DNA of 64,000 bases from Amoebidium appalachense (lineage: Eukaryota; Protista; Ichthyosporea), in the NCBI GenBank assembly GCA_963693365.1, contig CAVNZM010000017.1, positions 907,989 to 971,988 of the forward strand. Direction: 5' to 3'. Positions 14,001-63,935 of this stretch are shown here, piece by piece (the stretch's first letter is position 1; every line of letters starts with the position of its first letter). The position numbers were made by a program, and so were the translations under genes. The notes below the pieces were generated by a model that had not been told where the DNA came from, searched no databases, and saw only the letters and a program-made list of their open reading frames with translations.

Positions 14001-15389
14001 GATGTAGTAGAGACCGTCGAGGGGGGTGAGATCTGTAATAATGTCACCATTACGGCTGTAGAGGAACGACGGGTGGTTGTCTGTATCGTCACAATGACCT
14101 AGGAGGCCGGCAGCTGATGCCATGGAGGTAGACACGAGGAAAGACGGTGCCTCGGGTACGTAGTAAGCATTGATGCTGCACGGTGTTGGGTGGCCGTTGT
14201 AGTGCAGTGTCATGTTGATGATGCCACGTTGTTTGGCATTGACTGTGCCGAGGCCGTGAATGGGGGTGGGAGGACACGGGGTAAGGGAGGAGAAATACTC
14301 CTTGATGGGGCAGATGTGTGCATTACAAGCACTGTCCCAGACGGGGTCGTTACTGTCAGGTGTGCCGGTGGAGGAGATGAGTGCAAATTTCACACTCTTG
14401 TCACCTTTCTCCTGCTTGGCACGACGAGCAACTGTGCAGCCAGGCTCCGGGCATGCTGTGATGTGGTGGGGCTCATGGCAGTAGGAACACTTCACACTGT
14501 TGGTGTTGTGCTGTCGGTTACGGTTGTCCCTGTTACCACGGTGGTAAGGGGAAGTTGAACGGGGGCCGGGTGACTTGGAGGGAGGACGAGGATCACGGGA
14601 ACGGGACGGGGAACGGTGAGGTGTATGCTCACGTCGAGGAGTACGGTTACGGAGGTCACCGGGGGGAAGCACTCTGCTCTGGAGTGCACGGAGGGGACGG
14701 TTGCTGACGGTTGCACCTGTGCCTGCGTCGATGAGGCCGGCACGGATTTCAGCTCCTCGGATGTCACTGATGAGCATGTTGAAGGACGGGTAGGCCTTGT
14801 TGTTCATCCAGTAGTCGGAGCAGAGACGTTCAATGTCGGGGCAGACCAGGGCTGTGTTCTTCCGGATGTGGAGGAAGAACTTACGTACGACATCCTTGTG
14901 CTGGACGGGTTCGTCGAGGCAGGCAAGTGTCGTAGCCAGACGTTGGAGACGGGTGAGGTATGCTGTGACGTTGGGGTAGTCTCGTAGTTCAAGCTCCTCG
15001 AAGGTGACTTGAATCTGGGTGACTCGGGCCTCCTTCTCTGCTACATACGCCATACGTAGGTTGTGGAAGACTTCACCACCGTGGACACCGTCTTGCATCC
15101 GGCCGGAGTCGTAGAGCTCGGTCGGGTGGACGGACTGGTTGAGGATCTGGTCGAGGACGTCGGAAGCTTTCTTGTAGGAGTCCTTGGTGGTGTAGCCTAG
15201 CCACTGGTTGGCTTCAGCGCCGTCAACCCACTGTGGCCTCTTGATAGCGTCAACGAATTTCTCGGCAATGGTGGTTCTAATGAACCGGTGAATGAGTGGC
15301 TCCCACTCGAAATAATTAAGACGTTTCTCGTCTCGTTTCTCGGACGGATTCCATATTGGAAGGTTGATATACGACGGTTTGTCAGTCAT
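11025..15389 (-). CDS. copia Gag-Pol polyprotein (split by probable compensating homopolymer indels at ~12850 and ~12665)
   Basis: Gag (RVTQIQVTFEEL...), zinc knuckle CSYCHEPHHITAC, protease WDSAC, LWHNRLGH/CFGC, integrase HLD..RFDSGSEF..NGVVER, RT KARGVAKGFTQVYGVDY/QLDVSTAFLN/YVDD, RNase H YSDADFA..TEAE..CDNQS..ADIFTKPL. ORFs 12819-15389 and 11025-12758 are in the same frame. Confidence 0.95.
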
Positions 15390-15438
15390 GATTGAAGCAG
15401 TAAGACTGAGAGATTTTCGCGGTTGTAGCGAGATTGTG

Positions 15439-16101
15439 TGTTATGTAAAACACAACACAAAGACACACGGGAAAAACACAACCGGAGAGGAGGAACGATT
15501 TCTGGAACCATAGGAAGTGAATACGACTGCTTATGATTTATTTCAAGATGAGGTCCCTTTTATACTTGGGAATGTGAAACGATAAACCAATCAAAAGGAC
15601 GAAAACTATGAGTGTAAAATATATCGATTAAAATGTCTGTCGACACATAGAATATAAAACTCAATCCTCTAATGAAAGAAACTTCTAATAAAAGCACGGA
15701 AACATTTAACAAAATGAAACCACTTATGTAACTATTAATTCATAACATATATTTATACATGTTCTTATCATAACACGTCTAAATATAATTATTCCTAATA
15801 GTTGAAGAACATAGCACAATGCTACGTCGTGGGAAAGAAATGAGAAAGGAATGTAAGTTACTATATTTGGGAAAATACAAACGAGATATGATTGGATGAC
15901 ATATATAGATTTTGACGCAAACGACAATACGTGTGCGCGAGCTAAGTATGTCGATACGTACACAGATCTAAGATGTCGTGTACACGGAAACGGAAAAGAA
16001 AGAAAGAAATGAAGAAAGGAAAAGGAAACAAACTACAACAACTAATAAATAAATACCAAACAAAACTTCTAAGTCTTGCTGAGAATTAAGTGAAGATGAC
16101 A
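15439..16101 (-). repeat. copia 5' LTR (663 bp)
   Basis: Matches 9823-10485 with no difference found by eye; the spurious 79-aa ORFs in both copies are identical. Confidence 0.95.
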
Positions 16102-18458
16102 GTAGGCCTGTCGCGTGTTGCTGCTGCCAGGCTCGGTACCGGACCACGTCCCCTGCTGGTCCTGGTGTTTCCAGCAGGGCACACAGCTCCGTAACCATGG
16201 TGCTGGCTGCTGATTCGACGATGCTGGCCAGTCCCCCTAGAGTGGGATGGTGTAGCAGCCCGGACGGGGTGCTCCGGTGGAAACCACACTTCCGACGGAG
16301 TAGGTCTCTCCACTTGCTGTCGATTGCCTGCATGGTGGTGTTGCTGATGACTGACCCTTTGAGGAGGAAGAGGATGGCCGGGGCCACCACACTGTTGGCT
16401 ACGTAGATCACTTGGCTGGGTGCCAGCATTTTACGGGCTAGTATGGTGGTGGCCCGTAATGTCAGCTGCATGGCCTTCCCATCGTTGGGCCGGGTGTGTC
16501 GTTGGAGGGTGATGTTGACCCCTAGCACTCTGATCATCGGGGAGCTCGATCTGAATGGGTAGGGGTGGTGCTCCCGGGGATTTGCGGTACTGCATGGGGG
16601 CCACTGTTGCCCGTGTTGGGGTACCACGGGCGAGGACTGAAAACTTGTCTGGGTGTGGTTCCAAGTCATGGTAATAAAAAAAGGGGGCAGATAAATCGAG
16701 AGTTTGCTGGATGCTCTCCTTGTTGGGGCCAAACCATGTTGTGTCGTCGGCGAAAGCTACAGACGTCACACACGGGGGTGTTTGTGCCGGTGTGTGGTGC
16801 TGTGTCTGTGGGGGTAGGTGGAAAGTGTACCCCTTGCCGTGCCTTTTGATGGCTGTTAAAACTGGATCGTAGAATATAATCCACAGAATGGGGGAGAGGA
16901 CAGCCCCTTGGGCCAGGCCGTTTTCAACAGGGAAAGACTCAGTGTGCCCCTGGTCTGTGCACACCGTGGCCGTACGACTGTGCCACATGTGCCGGAGGAG
17001 GGTGATTAGCTGGGGGTCTGTGCCCAGGCGGGTGAGCCCCAGTTCCACCGAGGGCCAAGACACCGTGTCATATGCCCTCTTAATGTCCTGTTGGACGATC
17101 CATAGTTCCTGGTCGTGGTCTATGGCATCCTCTATCGTCTCTCGGATGATAGCCAGCGCCCCGTCGATACCCGGGCCCGGCACGAACCCAAAATTCCCCC
17201 CCGGGAGGAGGGTGGGGTACTGCCGGAAGATCGAGAGTAGGTGCTGGTTGATGACCGATTCTAGCAGCTTCCGTGCCGTTTCCAAGAGTGCTATCGGTCG
17301 GGTTTTGTCGAAGTCACCTTCCCATTCCCCTTTCGGTAGGGGATGGATGGTGTGGTGCAGCCATGACCTCGGTGTGGTCCCCGTGGCCAGACATCCGTTG
17401 ATGATATGTAGGAGCCATGCTAGCCCCTTTGGCCCCAGGTGTTGGAAGTATTCGTACTGGATTTCCGTTGGGCCGGGGGCCTTCCCCCCCTGTCGGCTTT
17501 GGACGATCTGTTGGAGCTCGTCGTGGGTGGCCGGGTGCATTATAGACCCTAATGGGGAGTCTTCGGGGGGGATCGGTCGATAGATGTCGGCCCACATTGG
17601 GTCGGCGAGCATCTCCTCGATGTGTGGGTTCCTGCGGGCCGTCCACCGGTGATAAGTTTCACGAATGACGGGCTCCGTGTCAGCCCACTCCGTGAGGTAC
17701 TCAGTGCCCGTTGGGGTGACGTGCTTGACTAACGTAGCCGAGACGTTCACACTCCCCCGGTCTAAAATGCTGCTTAGTGCTCGCCGGAGTTCGTCCACCA
17801 TACGCTTGCACCGTGCTTCTGCTGCTGCTGTTGCCCGTAACCAAAGGAGTTTTTGCCGTTTCCTTCGGAGTTGGGACCTGTATAGTTGTAGTTGCTCCCG
17901 CATGGTTGCCTCCCACTCCTCCCACTGCCTCCCTGTCTGAGACAGGTGGGCTGCTGGGGGGGTGGGGTGCTGCTGCAGGGTGGGTGACCCGTGCCGCGCC
18001 TGCTGGCCAGGGTTGCACTCTGCTGCTGTGGGCCGTTGCGGCTGCGTGGGTGTGGTCTGTAGCTGTTGGTTGCCCGTGGGTGGCCCTGGCAGGGTCTGCA
18101 GGCGGGGTGGCCCCTGCTTTGGCTGCCGGTGTGGGCTGCCTGCTTGGGCTTCAGCCTGCGGCTGCTGCTGCTGGCTTGGTTGCTCCTGTTGGTGCTGTCG
18201 GCTGGGTGGCCCGTGCTGGGCCTGCCGGCCGGGGCTGCAATCTGCTGCTGCATGCAGCTGCTGCAGTGTGGGTGTGATTTGTTGCTGCTGGCCGGGTAGC
18301 CCATGCAGGGCCTGCAGGCTGGGCGGCCCCTGCTGTGGCTGCCGGTGTGGGCTGCCTGCTAGGGCTGCAGCCTGAGGCTGCTGCTGCTGGCTTGGTGGCT
18401 CCTGTTGGTACTGTCGGCTGGGGGGGCCGTGCTGGGCCGGCCGGCCGGGGCTGCACAC
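16102..18458 (-). pseudogene. LINE ORF2 reverse transcriptase region (frameshift somewhere in ~16550-16730; cut by copia at 16102)
   Basis: KAPGP, RPIALLETARKLLE, NFGF, QQDIKRAYDTVSW, GLAQGAVLSPILW and FADD motifs; continues in another frame as IRVLGV...LGGLASI. Confidence 0.92.
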
Positions 18459-18886
18459 TGCTGCTGCAGGCAGCTGCTGCAGTGTGGGTGGGGTCGGTTG
18501 CTGCTGGCTGGGTGGCCCCTGCTGTGGCTGCCGGTGTGGGCTGCCTGCTGGGGCTGCAGCCTGAGGCTGCTGCTGCTGGCTTGGAGGCTCCTGTTCGTGC
18601 TGTCGGCTGGGTGGCCCGTGCTGGGCCGGCCGGCCGGGGCTGCGATCATGCGGCAGCTGGTGCAGTGGGGGTGTGGTCGGTTGCTGCTGGCTGGGTGGCC
18701 TTGGCGGGGCCTGCAGGCTGGGTGGCCCCTGCTGTGACTGCCGGTGTGGGCTGCCTGCTGGGGCTGCAGCCTGTGGCTGCTGCTGCTCGCTTGGTGGCTC
18801 CTGTTTGTGCCGTCGGCTGGGTGGCCCGCGCTGGGCCGGCCGGCCGGGGCTGCAATCTGCTGCTGCAGGCAGCCACTGCAGTGTGG
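17960..18886 (-). repeat. GC-rich coding minisatellite (~150-210-bp units, Q/P/A-rich) at the LINE 5' end
   Basis: Repeated GGCTCCTGTT..GTCGGCTGGG..CCGTGCTGGGCC.GCCGGCCGGGGCTGCA blocks; translate to CSPGRxAQHGPPSRQxQQExPSQQQQPQA. Confidence 0.85.
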
Positions 18887-19020
18887 GAGGGTGTAATAAA
18901 AGGGCCTGGGGTTAGTCAAAGTGTGGGAACTTCTGTGTGGGGTTGAGTGCAGGGTGAGGCGTTCGTGGTTTTATGTTTGGCATGGGTGTGTGCGAAGGTG
19001 GAGGGTGGAGGGTGGGGGTG

Positions 19021-19060
<40 letters not shown>

Positions 19061-19669
19061 GGGTGGGGGGGGGGGGGGGGGGGGGGGGGGGGCGGGTGCG
19101 GGGGGAAGAAGGGTTGGGGATCCAGAATGTGTTAGAAAGTACGAAGATCATATTTGTGACGGGCAACGGGATGCATTTGCAACCCACACAAAGAGTAAGC
19201 TAAATAAGCAGGGGGAAGAGGAGGGAAGAGGGGCCGGAGGGGATTGGGGGGGGGGGGGGGGGGGGGGGTTGAGGGCAGAGGGGGGGGGGGGGGGGGGGGG
19301 GGGGGGGTTTGGGCAGGTGTGTTGGTGTAAAGGTGTGCATGAGGGTGTGATGTGGTGTTTGTTTGTGTAGTTGTGTGTTGCTTGCAAACCATCTAATGTT
19401 GTCGGTGACCGGGAAAAACTGCCGAATCTTAAGCATGCATGTTATCCGCTTTGTCCTTGTTCCGTCATTTCCTGTGCTTTCCATTCCTTGTGCATAGGTG
19501 CCTTTTGCAGTCGGTTCCTACTTTTTTTTGTGTTTTATATTCATTGTTAAAACATATGCCTACGTCCCACACATTTCGCACAAAGGTACACTAATTAATA
19601 ATGATTAATGAGGTTGATATATGGTTCTATTTAGATGTGTGCATAGGTGAATTTGTCAAAAGTTCAGGT

Positions 19670-20670
<1,001 letters not shown>

Positions 20671-21436
20671 CTCCCAACCCCCCCCCCCCCCCCCCCCCCC
20701 CCCCCGGGGGGGGGGGGGGGGGGGGGGGGGACACCAACAGGTGTGTCACGTGTATGAGCCAACAAATTAACATCTCTAGAACTTAATATAGTATGTGTTG
20801 AATAATTATGATCACTCGCTCCGGTGGTGGCATAACAAAGAGTTGCAAAGAAATATGGTGCACTTGGTTCTTTCAATAGTAAAGGAAACAGTGCGGAATA
20901 CTATAATGGTTGTGTTTATGTTGGTGCTTTCATACGTACGGAATTACACCCGTGAATCTATAAGACCACAGAAATGCCTCCTGAACGGTATGATGCCATT
21001 AACCTTAGGCACATAATCAACAAAATAGTAAATCAAGTTAAAGTTAACTTTAATCACTCAATGAATAAAGAAAGAGCTAAAACATTGAAGCCACAAATGT
21101 GTCTGACTTATAATAATTCCCTATTTCACGTCTTTGAGTCGACATATAGTTGGAACTGAACTGGTTTGTGCCTTTCACCCAACCCATTTGTGCGAAAATC
21201 ATCGGAAATGCAGCATTAAAAGCGCAAAGCTTATAAAACCACATGAAGTACCAGTGAATACGTAAAGCCTTAGTTCGCCCAACCACACCACTGATTGAAA
21301 TAATAATTAAAAAAAAGCATGAAAGCTCAGACATCCGCATGCATATTCCAAGGATGATAATATGCCGCACCAGGAAGGGTTAACCGTAAAAGAAGAGGGT
21401 GGTGGTGGTGGTGGTGGTGGTGGTGGTGGTGGTGGT

Positions 21437-21479
<43 letters not shown>

Positions 21480-21809
21480 GGGAGGGGGGATACTTGGGTT
21501 ATGCAGATGTCGTTTATTAATTGAGCTCAGGAATGGTTACGTCATCACACCAGGACAAACATGAAACATGGTCTATATCATTAAAAACCTTTCAGTGAAC
21601 CTCAAACTTTAAAAGATCACAAAAAAAACTCCAAAAATATATACAAAAACTGTCTCTACATCGATTAAAAAACATGAATACCAATAAAAGAAATCGCGTG
21701 TATCCACTGTCCATTGTCATCCAGATCGTGTATGCAAGCTATCCACGTCATTTTCGGCAATAAAATTGCAGCGCTCGTGAGTTATGCTTATGAATTACAG
21801 GTCCAAAAA

Positions 21810-22190
21810 TACCTCATATGCACATACTACACAGTAACTCATACGCACACAGTAACTCATATGCACACAGTAATGGCATATGCACACAGTACCTCATGCA
21901 CACCTAGTACCGCATATGCACACAGTACATCATATGCACACAGCACATCATATGCACACAGTCACCTCACGTGTACACAGTACCCCATGCACACAGTACC
22001 TCATATGCACACAGCCTTACGTGAGGTACCTCACATGCATGCACACAGTGCCTCATAGGCACAGAATAATTACTAACAGATCACCTATAAAAAAAATGAT
22101 CCCACAGTAACTCATATGCACACAGTAACTCCTAAGCACGTTATGCATACAGTACCCCATGCACACAGTAACTCGTATGCACACAGTACC

Positions 22191-22202
<12 letters not shown>
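21810..22202. repeat. ~18-bp minisatellite (TCATATGCACACAGTAMC)
   Basis: Many tandem degenerate units read directly. Confidence 0.9.
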
Positions 22203-31843
<9,641 letters not shown>

Positions 31844-32946
31844 TTTTTCTTTAGTTGTTCGTTTGTATGCATACGAGAAATCTCATTTGTTGAACTCAGC
31901 CTTGAAGCGTGCTGATGTGTGAAGTGCGTGTGAGTGTGTGCGACGTGAAATTAGTGTGCGTTCCACGGAAGATTTTTTCGCCGTCCAGATGTGTGGGTGC
32001 GTTGCGTGTGAGCTTGCGGATTGGTGCAACTAAAACAACTTTACATTTTTGGATTTCTGATTGGTGAACCTCGAACCAGGGTGAATATTGCATGTTTAGA
32101 TGTGTCACCGAGTTAGATGTTGCGAAGGGGGCCTTCCCCGCACGAGCCCAAGCACTAACACAAACATGTACCGTATTTTCTTCAGCTGTAGCATGATTAT
32201 ATGAAGTATGGTCTGCAGATAACACACCTTGGTTGGATGCACAATTGAAGCTTTCTGTGTTTTTTTGCACGGGAATCCTGGCCGGCGCCTCAATCATTAC
32301 TTACGGCGCATGCTATTTCCCAACCCTGATTCGATCTATTTTATTGCTCTGCACGTTGGCCACTCACGGTGTAGCGGCTAAGTTGGTGATATTTGCTACT
32401 TCTTTTGTATAAGAACTATGTTATTATGTTGGTTTCTTTAAATCATGAAGGTGTATATAAGCATTAAACGTGTTTTCGTGTGCATTTTAGATGGCTAACG
32501 TAATAATATTTCGATAGCAAGTTGCATACGATTGCAGTACTAGTCAGCGTACAGTGTGCACCTATCATCAGCTTGTACAAAAAGCCTGCGTAAAAAATCT
32601 TTATGTATGCCTGCGTATATTGGAAAAAATTATCTGGGTTTATGCCACATCTTTTGTCTCTGTTTTCTTTATTATTGATTGAGGGGGCCAAACCCCTTCT
32701 TCCCGCATAGGTACTATAACATCCCATTTTTGAGCACGCGTACATATGATGCAAGTCAACTTCCAAATACCAAGATCTGAACAGCATTTCTTATTGGCGA
32801 AATGAAACAGTATGCAGTTTAAGCCAATCATAAACCTTTTCGCACATACTTACCCATAAACAAACCGTGCCCACGGCACGCGGCCCCACGTGCCGTGACC
32901 TCGCATTCAATCCCCCCCCCCCCCCCCCCCCCCCCCCCCAAGCCTC

Positions 32947-32998
<52 letters not shown>

Positions 32999-33366
32999 TT
33001 TTCTCCCTTTATCCCTAGGCCTCCCCCCCCCATTACCACCACCACCACCGACAAAAAAAAAAAAAAAAAAAAAAAAAACGACGGAGAAGGAGAACAGAGC
33101 TCGAGTAAGCAAATTCATTGAATCTTCTTTATATATCTTCACTTTTTTTTTTTTTTTTTTTTTTTCTTTTGTCATTCACATTGGGCACTGCCAATTTATA
33201 GATGACCTTAGCCCGAAGAAAAAAGAAAAACTTAGTGGTTTGAATATGGATAATTCAAATCAGAGGCCTAATCCGACAATATATTTTATTAGCAGCTGTA
33301 GGGGCCGACTCATACTTTTTCACCGTGTGTGCGCCGAACACAGCATGCACATGGTAATAACCGAGA

Positions 33367-34230
<864 letters not shown>

Positions 34231-34607
34231 CCCACTCTTCCGTCCGGTCTCCGAGTCTGCCTCTCTCTCTCTCCTTTCCTCTTTTTCGGTTTCTTTCACT
34301 GTCAGGCTCTTCCTCTCTCCCTCACGGTCTTTTTTCTTTCTCGCTTTCTCTCTCCTCCTCTTCAATCTATGTCTCTCATTCTCTCTCTCTCTCTCCCCCC
34401 GCCCCTTCCCCCCTTCCCCCCCCCCCCCCCCCTCGAATCCCTCCCTCCCTTTCTCTCTCAGATCTCTCTTCTCCCTCCTTCTCCCTCTCGCTCTCTGAGT
34501 ACTTGTGTGTATACATGTACATACGACGTACATGCATATGTGTGTGTGTGTGTGTGTTTGTGTGCGTGCGTGCGTGCTTGCGTGCGCGCGCGTGTGTGCG
34601 TGTCGTG

Positions 34608-34638
<31 letters not shown>

Positions 34639-37018
34639 TTGTACACGTGTGCCTGTTTGTGTACATGTGTGTGTGGGGAGGGGGAGGAGGGGGGGGAGGG
34701 GGCCTAGGGGGGGGAGGGGAGGGCTGTGTGGGGGTGTGGGAGTGCGGTGCACGTGTGTGACCAGTGCGTGCAATTAAGTATGTGGGTGTTTTGTGTTTTG
34801 TAGGCCGCTGTCACGGTGTTTGTGTAGTGTGCAGGTATGAGCATTACATGCCTTGATTAATATTATAACAACCGAGTCCCCCAGCGCCGGCTTTGTTCGA
34901 GCCCGTCGCAGGCACATGGCAAAAGCCATGCATGATGATGCGAATAATAACAACTATTGTTTAGCTGCCATATGCATATGATCATTGTAGTCACCGTAAT
35001 CTCATCATTCACGATTTCGACGCAAGATCTTTGGATTATAGAAGTCTTCAAACCGGGTGATACACTGTCATGGTCTCCTAGTTTATCTAGGAGGCCTTGC
35101 CTTGTACACTGTTCACCTGTGTGCCACTTGGGTTTGCGAATGTTGAACACGTGTATTTATGTGTGTTGACCCAATAGGATCATGGCATGGCACCAACCCG
35201 TAACACGGGTCGGACGGCCCTACATGTGGCCTACACGGTAGTAGGCTACACCCCGTAATTGGAAACATGGCAGTCACCCTATACTCCTTCGTTTTGTGAT
35301 TGGTGTCTTTTGGACATCACTAATGGTCGAGGAGGTGATCACCAATCGGATCACTTAGTCGCACAATTTATAATGTTGTGGCCCCGACGTTGGCGTGGCA
35401 ACATGTCTGAACTCGCGGGAGACGCGTGTAATTGCATAAGCAGCCCATTTCCCCGTGTAAATAAATACCCAGTTTCTCATTCTCCTTTGAAAACAATGCC
35501 CTTATGAACTATCTTTCCTGTCTGTATGGAATCATGTGACCACGTAGGCGTACAGCTAATGAGAACTTCTAAGGCCGGTCTAAAGATCAGAACAGATCTG
35601 GCCGATCGGGAAGTGCGCCCCGCAGCACGTAATAGGGAGCCTCGTGTGTGTAAAAATTTGGCACTGAAGTAAATACAAGCTAGACAAATGTATATTGTTG
35701 CCAGTTCCTTCTGGTTTACCATTTCCTTTACATAGCATGGTGGACAGCGGCTTTGGGGGAATTTCGATCGGACTTCTAAACTTTCAACGGTTGAGGAATT
35801 TTGAGTTTGAATAAGACCTTATTCTTATCGCAATTTTGATTGGCTTTACTTCACTCAAACCGGAGTCATGAATCTCATAATTGATTTCCCTACACCAATT
35901 AAACTTCATAGCCTCTAATACAGCTGTAGGCTCTGAACACAAGAATTTACTCAGGGAGACTTTAGGATCAGTGGAAGTAAACTAAAAACTAAAAAGACAT
36001 TCCTCGGAGACAATATTTGTAATGGCTTCCTTGCCGTTCTATATATATCGCAAGTTACGCGTGCATGCATCACATATTGCAATGTTGGTGCATGCATTAT
36101 TCATGAATCATGATGCCGATATGGCATAGGGGGTTTACGCTGTATATGGCATACGCTATGCATGCATGAGCATGCATGTGGATACGTATACCGCCATATG
36201 ATACGTATACTTGTACGTACTTATGCCTAGGCGTACAACTTGCCTGCAGCCCTTCACACAAACGTTCTTGTAGGTCTGAGGCTATAGCTTATACAAACAT
36301 CATACCACTATACACATGTGGCCACATCATTCGCGGGGAGATAAGGACCCAAAAGGGCGGAAGGTACGTCTCGTATGATCCCCCGGGATTGTTTTTTTGG
36401 ACCCGCACGTTGATCCACGTACGTAATGCAGTCATAATGCATTCCGGTTTATGAATAACCGGCGATCACTCTGTAATCATTCTTTATTATAGTTGACTTC
36501 TTTTTGAATTTTGGTACATATTGGACAAGATAGCCTACATATATACACCATACTGGTTAGAATACTTCTACCATATACTGTACACTGAAATGTAAGTCCG
36601 CGTTATCCTTCCCGGTACATGCATATGTGACCAACACTCAAAATTTCAAGATGACGAAATTGCTTGGGGGGTTCCATCTCCACCACCGAGTTCGGCGCTT
36701 GGCCAAAACGTGGCGTCGCACTGCGATGCATTCAGTTTGTACATACTCGTTTGTGAGTTTGTAAGGCTGATTGGGTGTGCCAAGCTATTGTAGTTGTTGA
36801 GACTTACGTATTTGCGGCCCATCAAGGACTGTTTCTGGCGGGGCCGCCCGGCTCTCCATATGCATGTTGAATGGCCTGAACAAAAGCCACTTACTTATTC
36901 TCTTTGGCCTCTTTGGCCTGATATATATTGGCACACCTTTTTTATTTAACTATTTGTCTTGGTTTTTTTTTTTTCGCTTTCGCACGAGTTGTGAGCGCGT
37001 TCAATCACGTGTGGCACC

Positions 37019-62147
<25,129 letters not shown>

Positions 62148-62727
62148 GGCTCCGTCACTATTGTGTTTATTAGTGTACATATCGTGTCTGCTTGGTGTGA
62201 TTTGGCCGGGTTTTTATGTTTTTGTTCACTGCCGGTATATATCATACATAACCACTGTGGGAGATTTAAGGGAATTGTTAAGTGTGAATCCCTCTAATGT
62301 TAAGTCCACATCGTACGCGTAACTCTTTCCCCCCTCCACCTGTCTTTATTACTGCATATTTCCGTTATATGCTCGCTTTACTTCGGTTTTTCTATCACGG
62401 ACACAAGAAAAGCATTCAATTTCTGCCTTTTACTGAATGCACATGTATAAGACCAATCTTGTGTTCAGTTTTAAACCCCCAGGCACAACAAGCCGATGTA
62501 TTCAATTTTTGATCAATAACACCATCGCTTTGAAGCCTAATTCGGCTAATAATTCGGCCATTCTATTCGCTAACCTAGATCGATAAAAAATGACTATCTA
62601 TGTCACACAGATAAACCGGTGCAAACTCGGGAGCTTCATTTCTTAGAAATTCTCCTTCAATAATAAAAGCCGCAAGGTTTTCCACGTCTGACTTTCATGC
62701 AATCAGATCCTGCTGTTAGTGTAACTC

Positions 62728-62774
<47 letters not shown>

Positions 62775-62899
62775 AAAAAAAAAAAAAAGAAAAAGAAAAG
62801 AAAGAAAGAAACACACACACACACCCCCTTGCACGATCGCATATGGCCATTACGTTTACCTGGGCATCATCCAGAACGCCTTATTGGAAACATGAGTGA

Positions 62900-62961
<62 letters not shown>

Positions 62962-63405
62962 GTGACACTGTGACTGTGTGTGTGCGTGTGTGTGTGTGTG
63001 CGTGTGTGACACTGTGACTGTGTGTGTGATATGTGTGTGTTCTTTCAAAATTTATTTATTTTTATCGTCTTATTTATTTTGGTTTGATGTGTGTGCATGT
63101 GCACGTGCATGATTGCAAGTGAACTGGGGCGGTCCGGAGAGAGCGGGCGTATGATTGTGTAGAGTTGCACAGGTGTGTGAGTGAGTATTTAGAGGGGCCA
63201 GATGCTTAGTGTTACAATGTGTGTGCGTGCATATGCATACGTGTGTGCGTGCGGGCGTGCGGGCGGGCGGGCGGCCGTGCATGCATGCGTGCGTGCGTGC
63301 GTGTGTGTGTGTGCAGTATGTATGTGTGTGTGCACGTCTGTCACGTGTGCATCGGTGTATGCACATGTGTGTGTGGCATGCGCAGGGTTTTTTTGTGTGT
63401 GTGCG

Positions 63406-63469
<64 letters not shown>

Positions 63470-63566
63470 ATGTGAATGTGTCTGTGGTGCACAGGGTATG
63501 ATCACGGTATAGTGTGTGTGTGTGTCTGTTTGTGTGTGTGTGTGTGTGTGTGTGTCTGTGTGTGTG

Positions 63567-63610
<44 letters not shown>
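62900..63610. repeat. (TG)n/(TA)n microsatellite block
   Basis: Direct read. Confidence 0.9.
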
Positions 63611-63611
<1 letters not shown>

Positions 63612-63783
63612 CATGTTTTTGCATGCGCAACTGGCATGCTATCATCTAACTAATATATCGGGCCAAAGTTGAACAAGGCGGTGATGCATCAAATTCAGTG
63701 ACGAACTTGGAATACATATACACAGCACATAGTCAAGTTCGATTTCAGGCCCGATGAGACTTAGGCTCTTGAGCTCTAAAAAA

Positions 63784-63817
<34 letters not shown>

Positions 63818-63903
63818 AGGGGGCCAGAGATTTGGCGTTACCGTCTCTTCGCCGCCAACGGAATCTTGTACGCGGTAATCTTGCGCGCGGACGTAACCTG
63901 GTC

Positions 63904-63935
<32 letters not shown>

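Larger units (their letters stand above)
9778..16101 (-). mobile_element. Ty1/copia LTR retrotransposon, very recent, nested in the LINE
   Basis: TG...CA ends; 5-bp TSD GTAGG at 9773-9777 and 16102-16106; direct LTRs offset by 5616 bp; PPT (GAGTGGGGA on - strand) at 10486-10494; domain order gag-PR-IN-RT-RH. Confidence 0.96.
6614..18886 (-). mobile_element. Non-LTR retrotransposon (LINE) with RT, RNase H and C-terminal Cys/His zinc motif; 5'-truncated; interrupted by copia
   Basis: 16-bp TSD GAGGGTGTAATAAAAG at 6598-6613 and 18887-18902; poly(A) tail (T-run from 6614); RT, RNase H and zf-RVT motifs; no endonuclease domain visible (truncated). Confidence 0.93.

Noticed and set aside
34860-36800. 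Possible decayed TE or gene in the unique intergenic sequence
   Set aside because: No recognisable protein motifs, termini or long ORFs.
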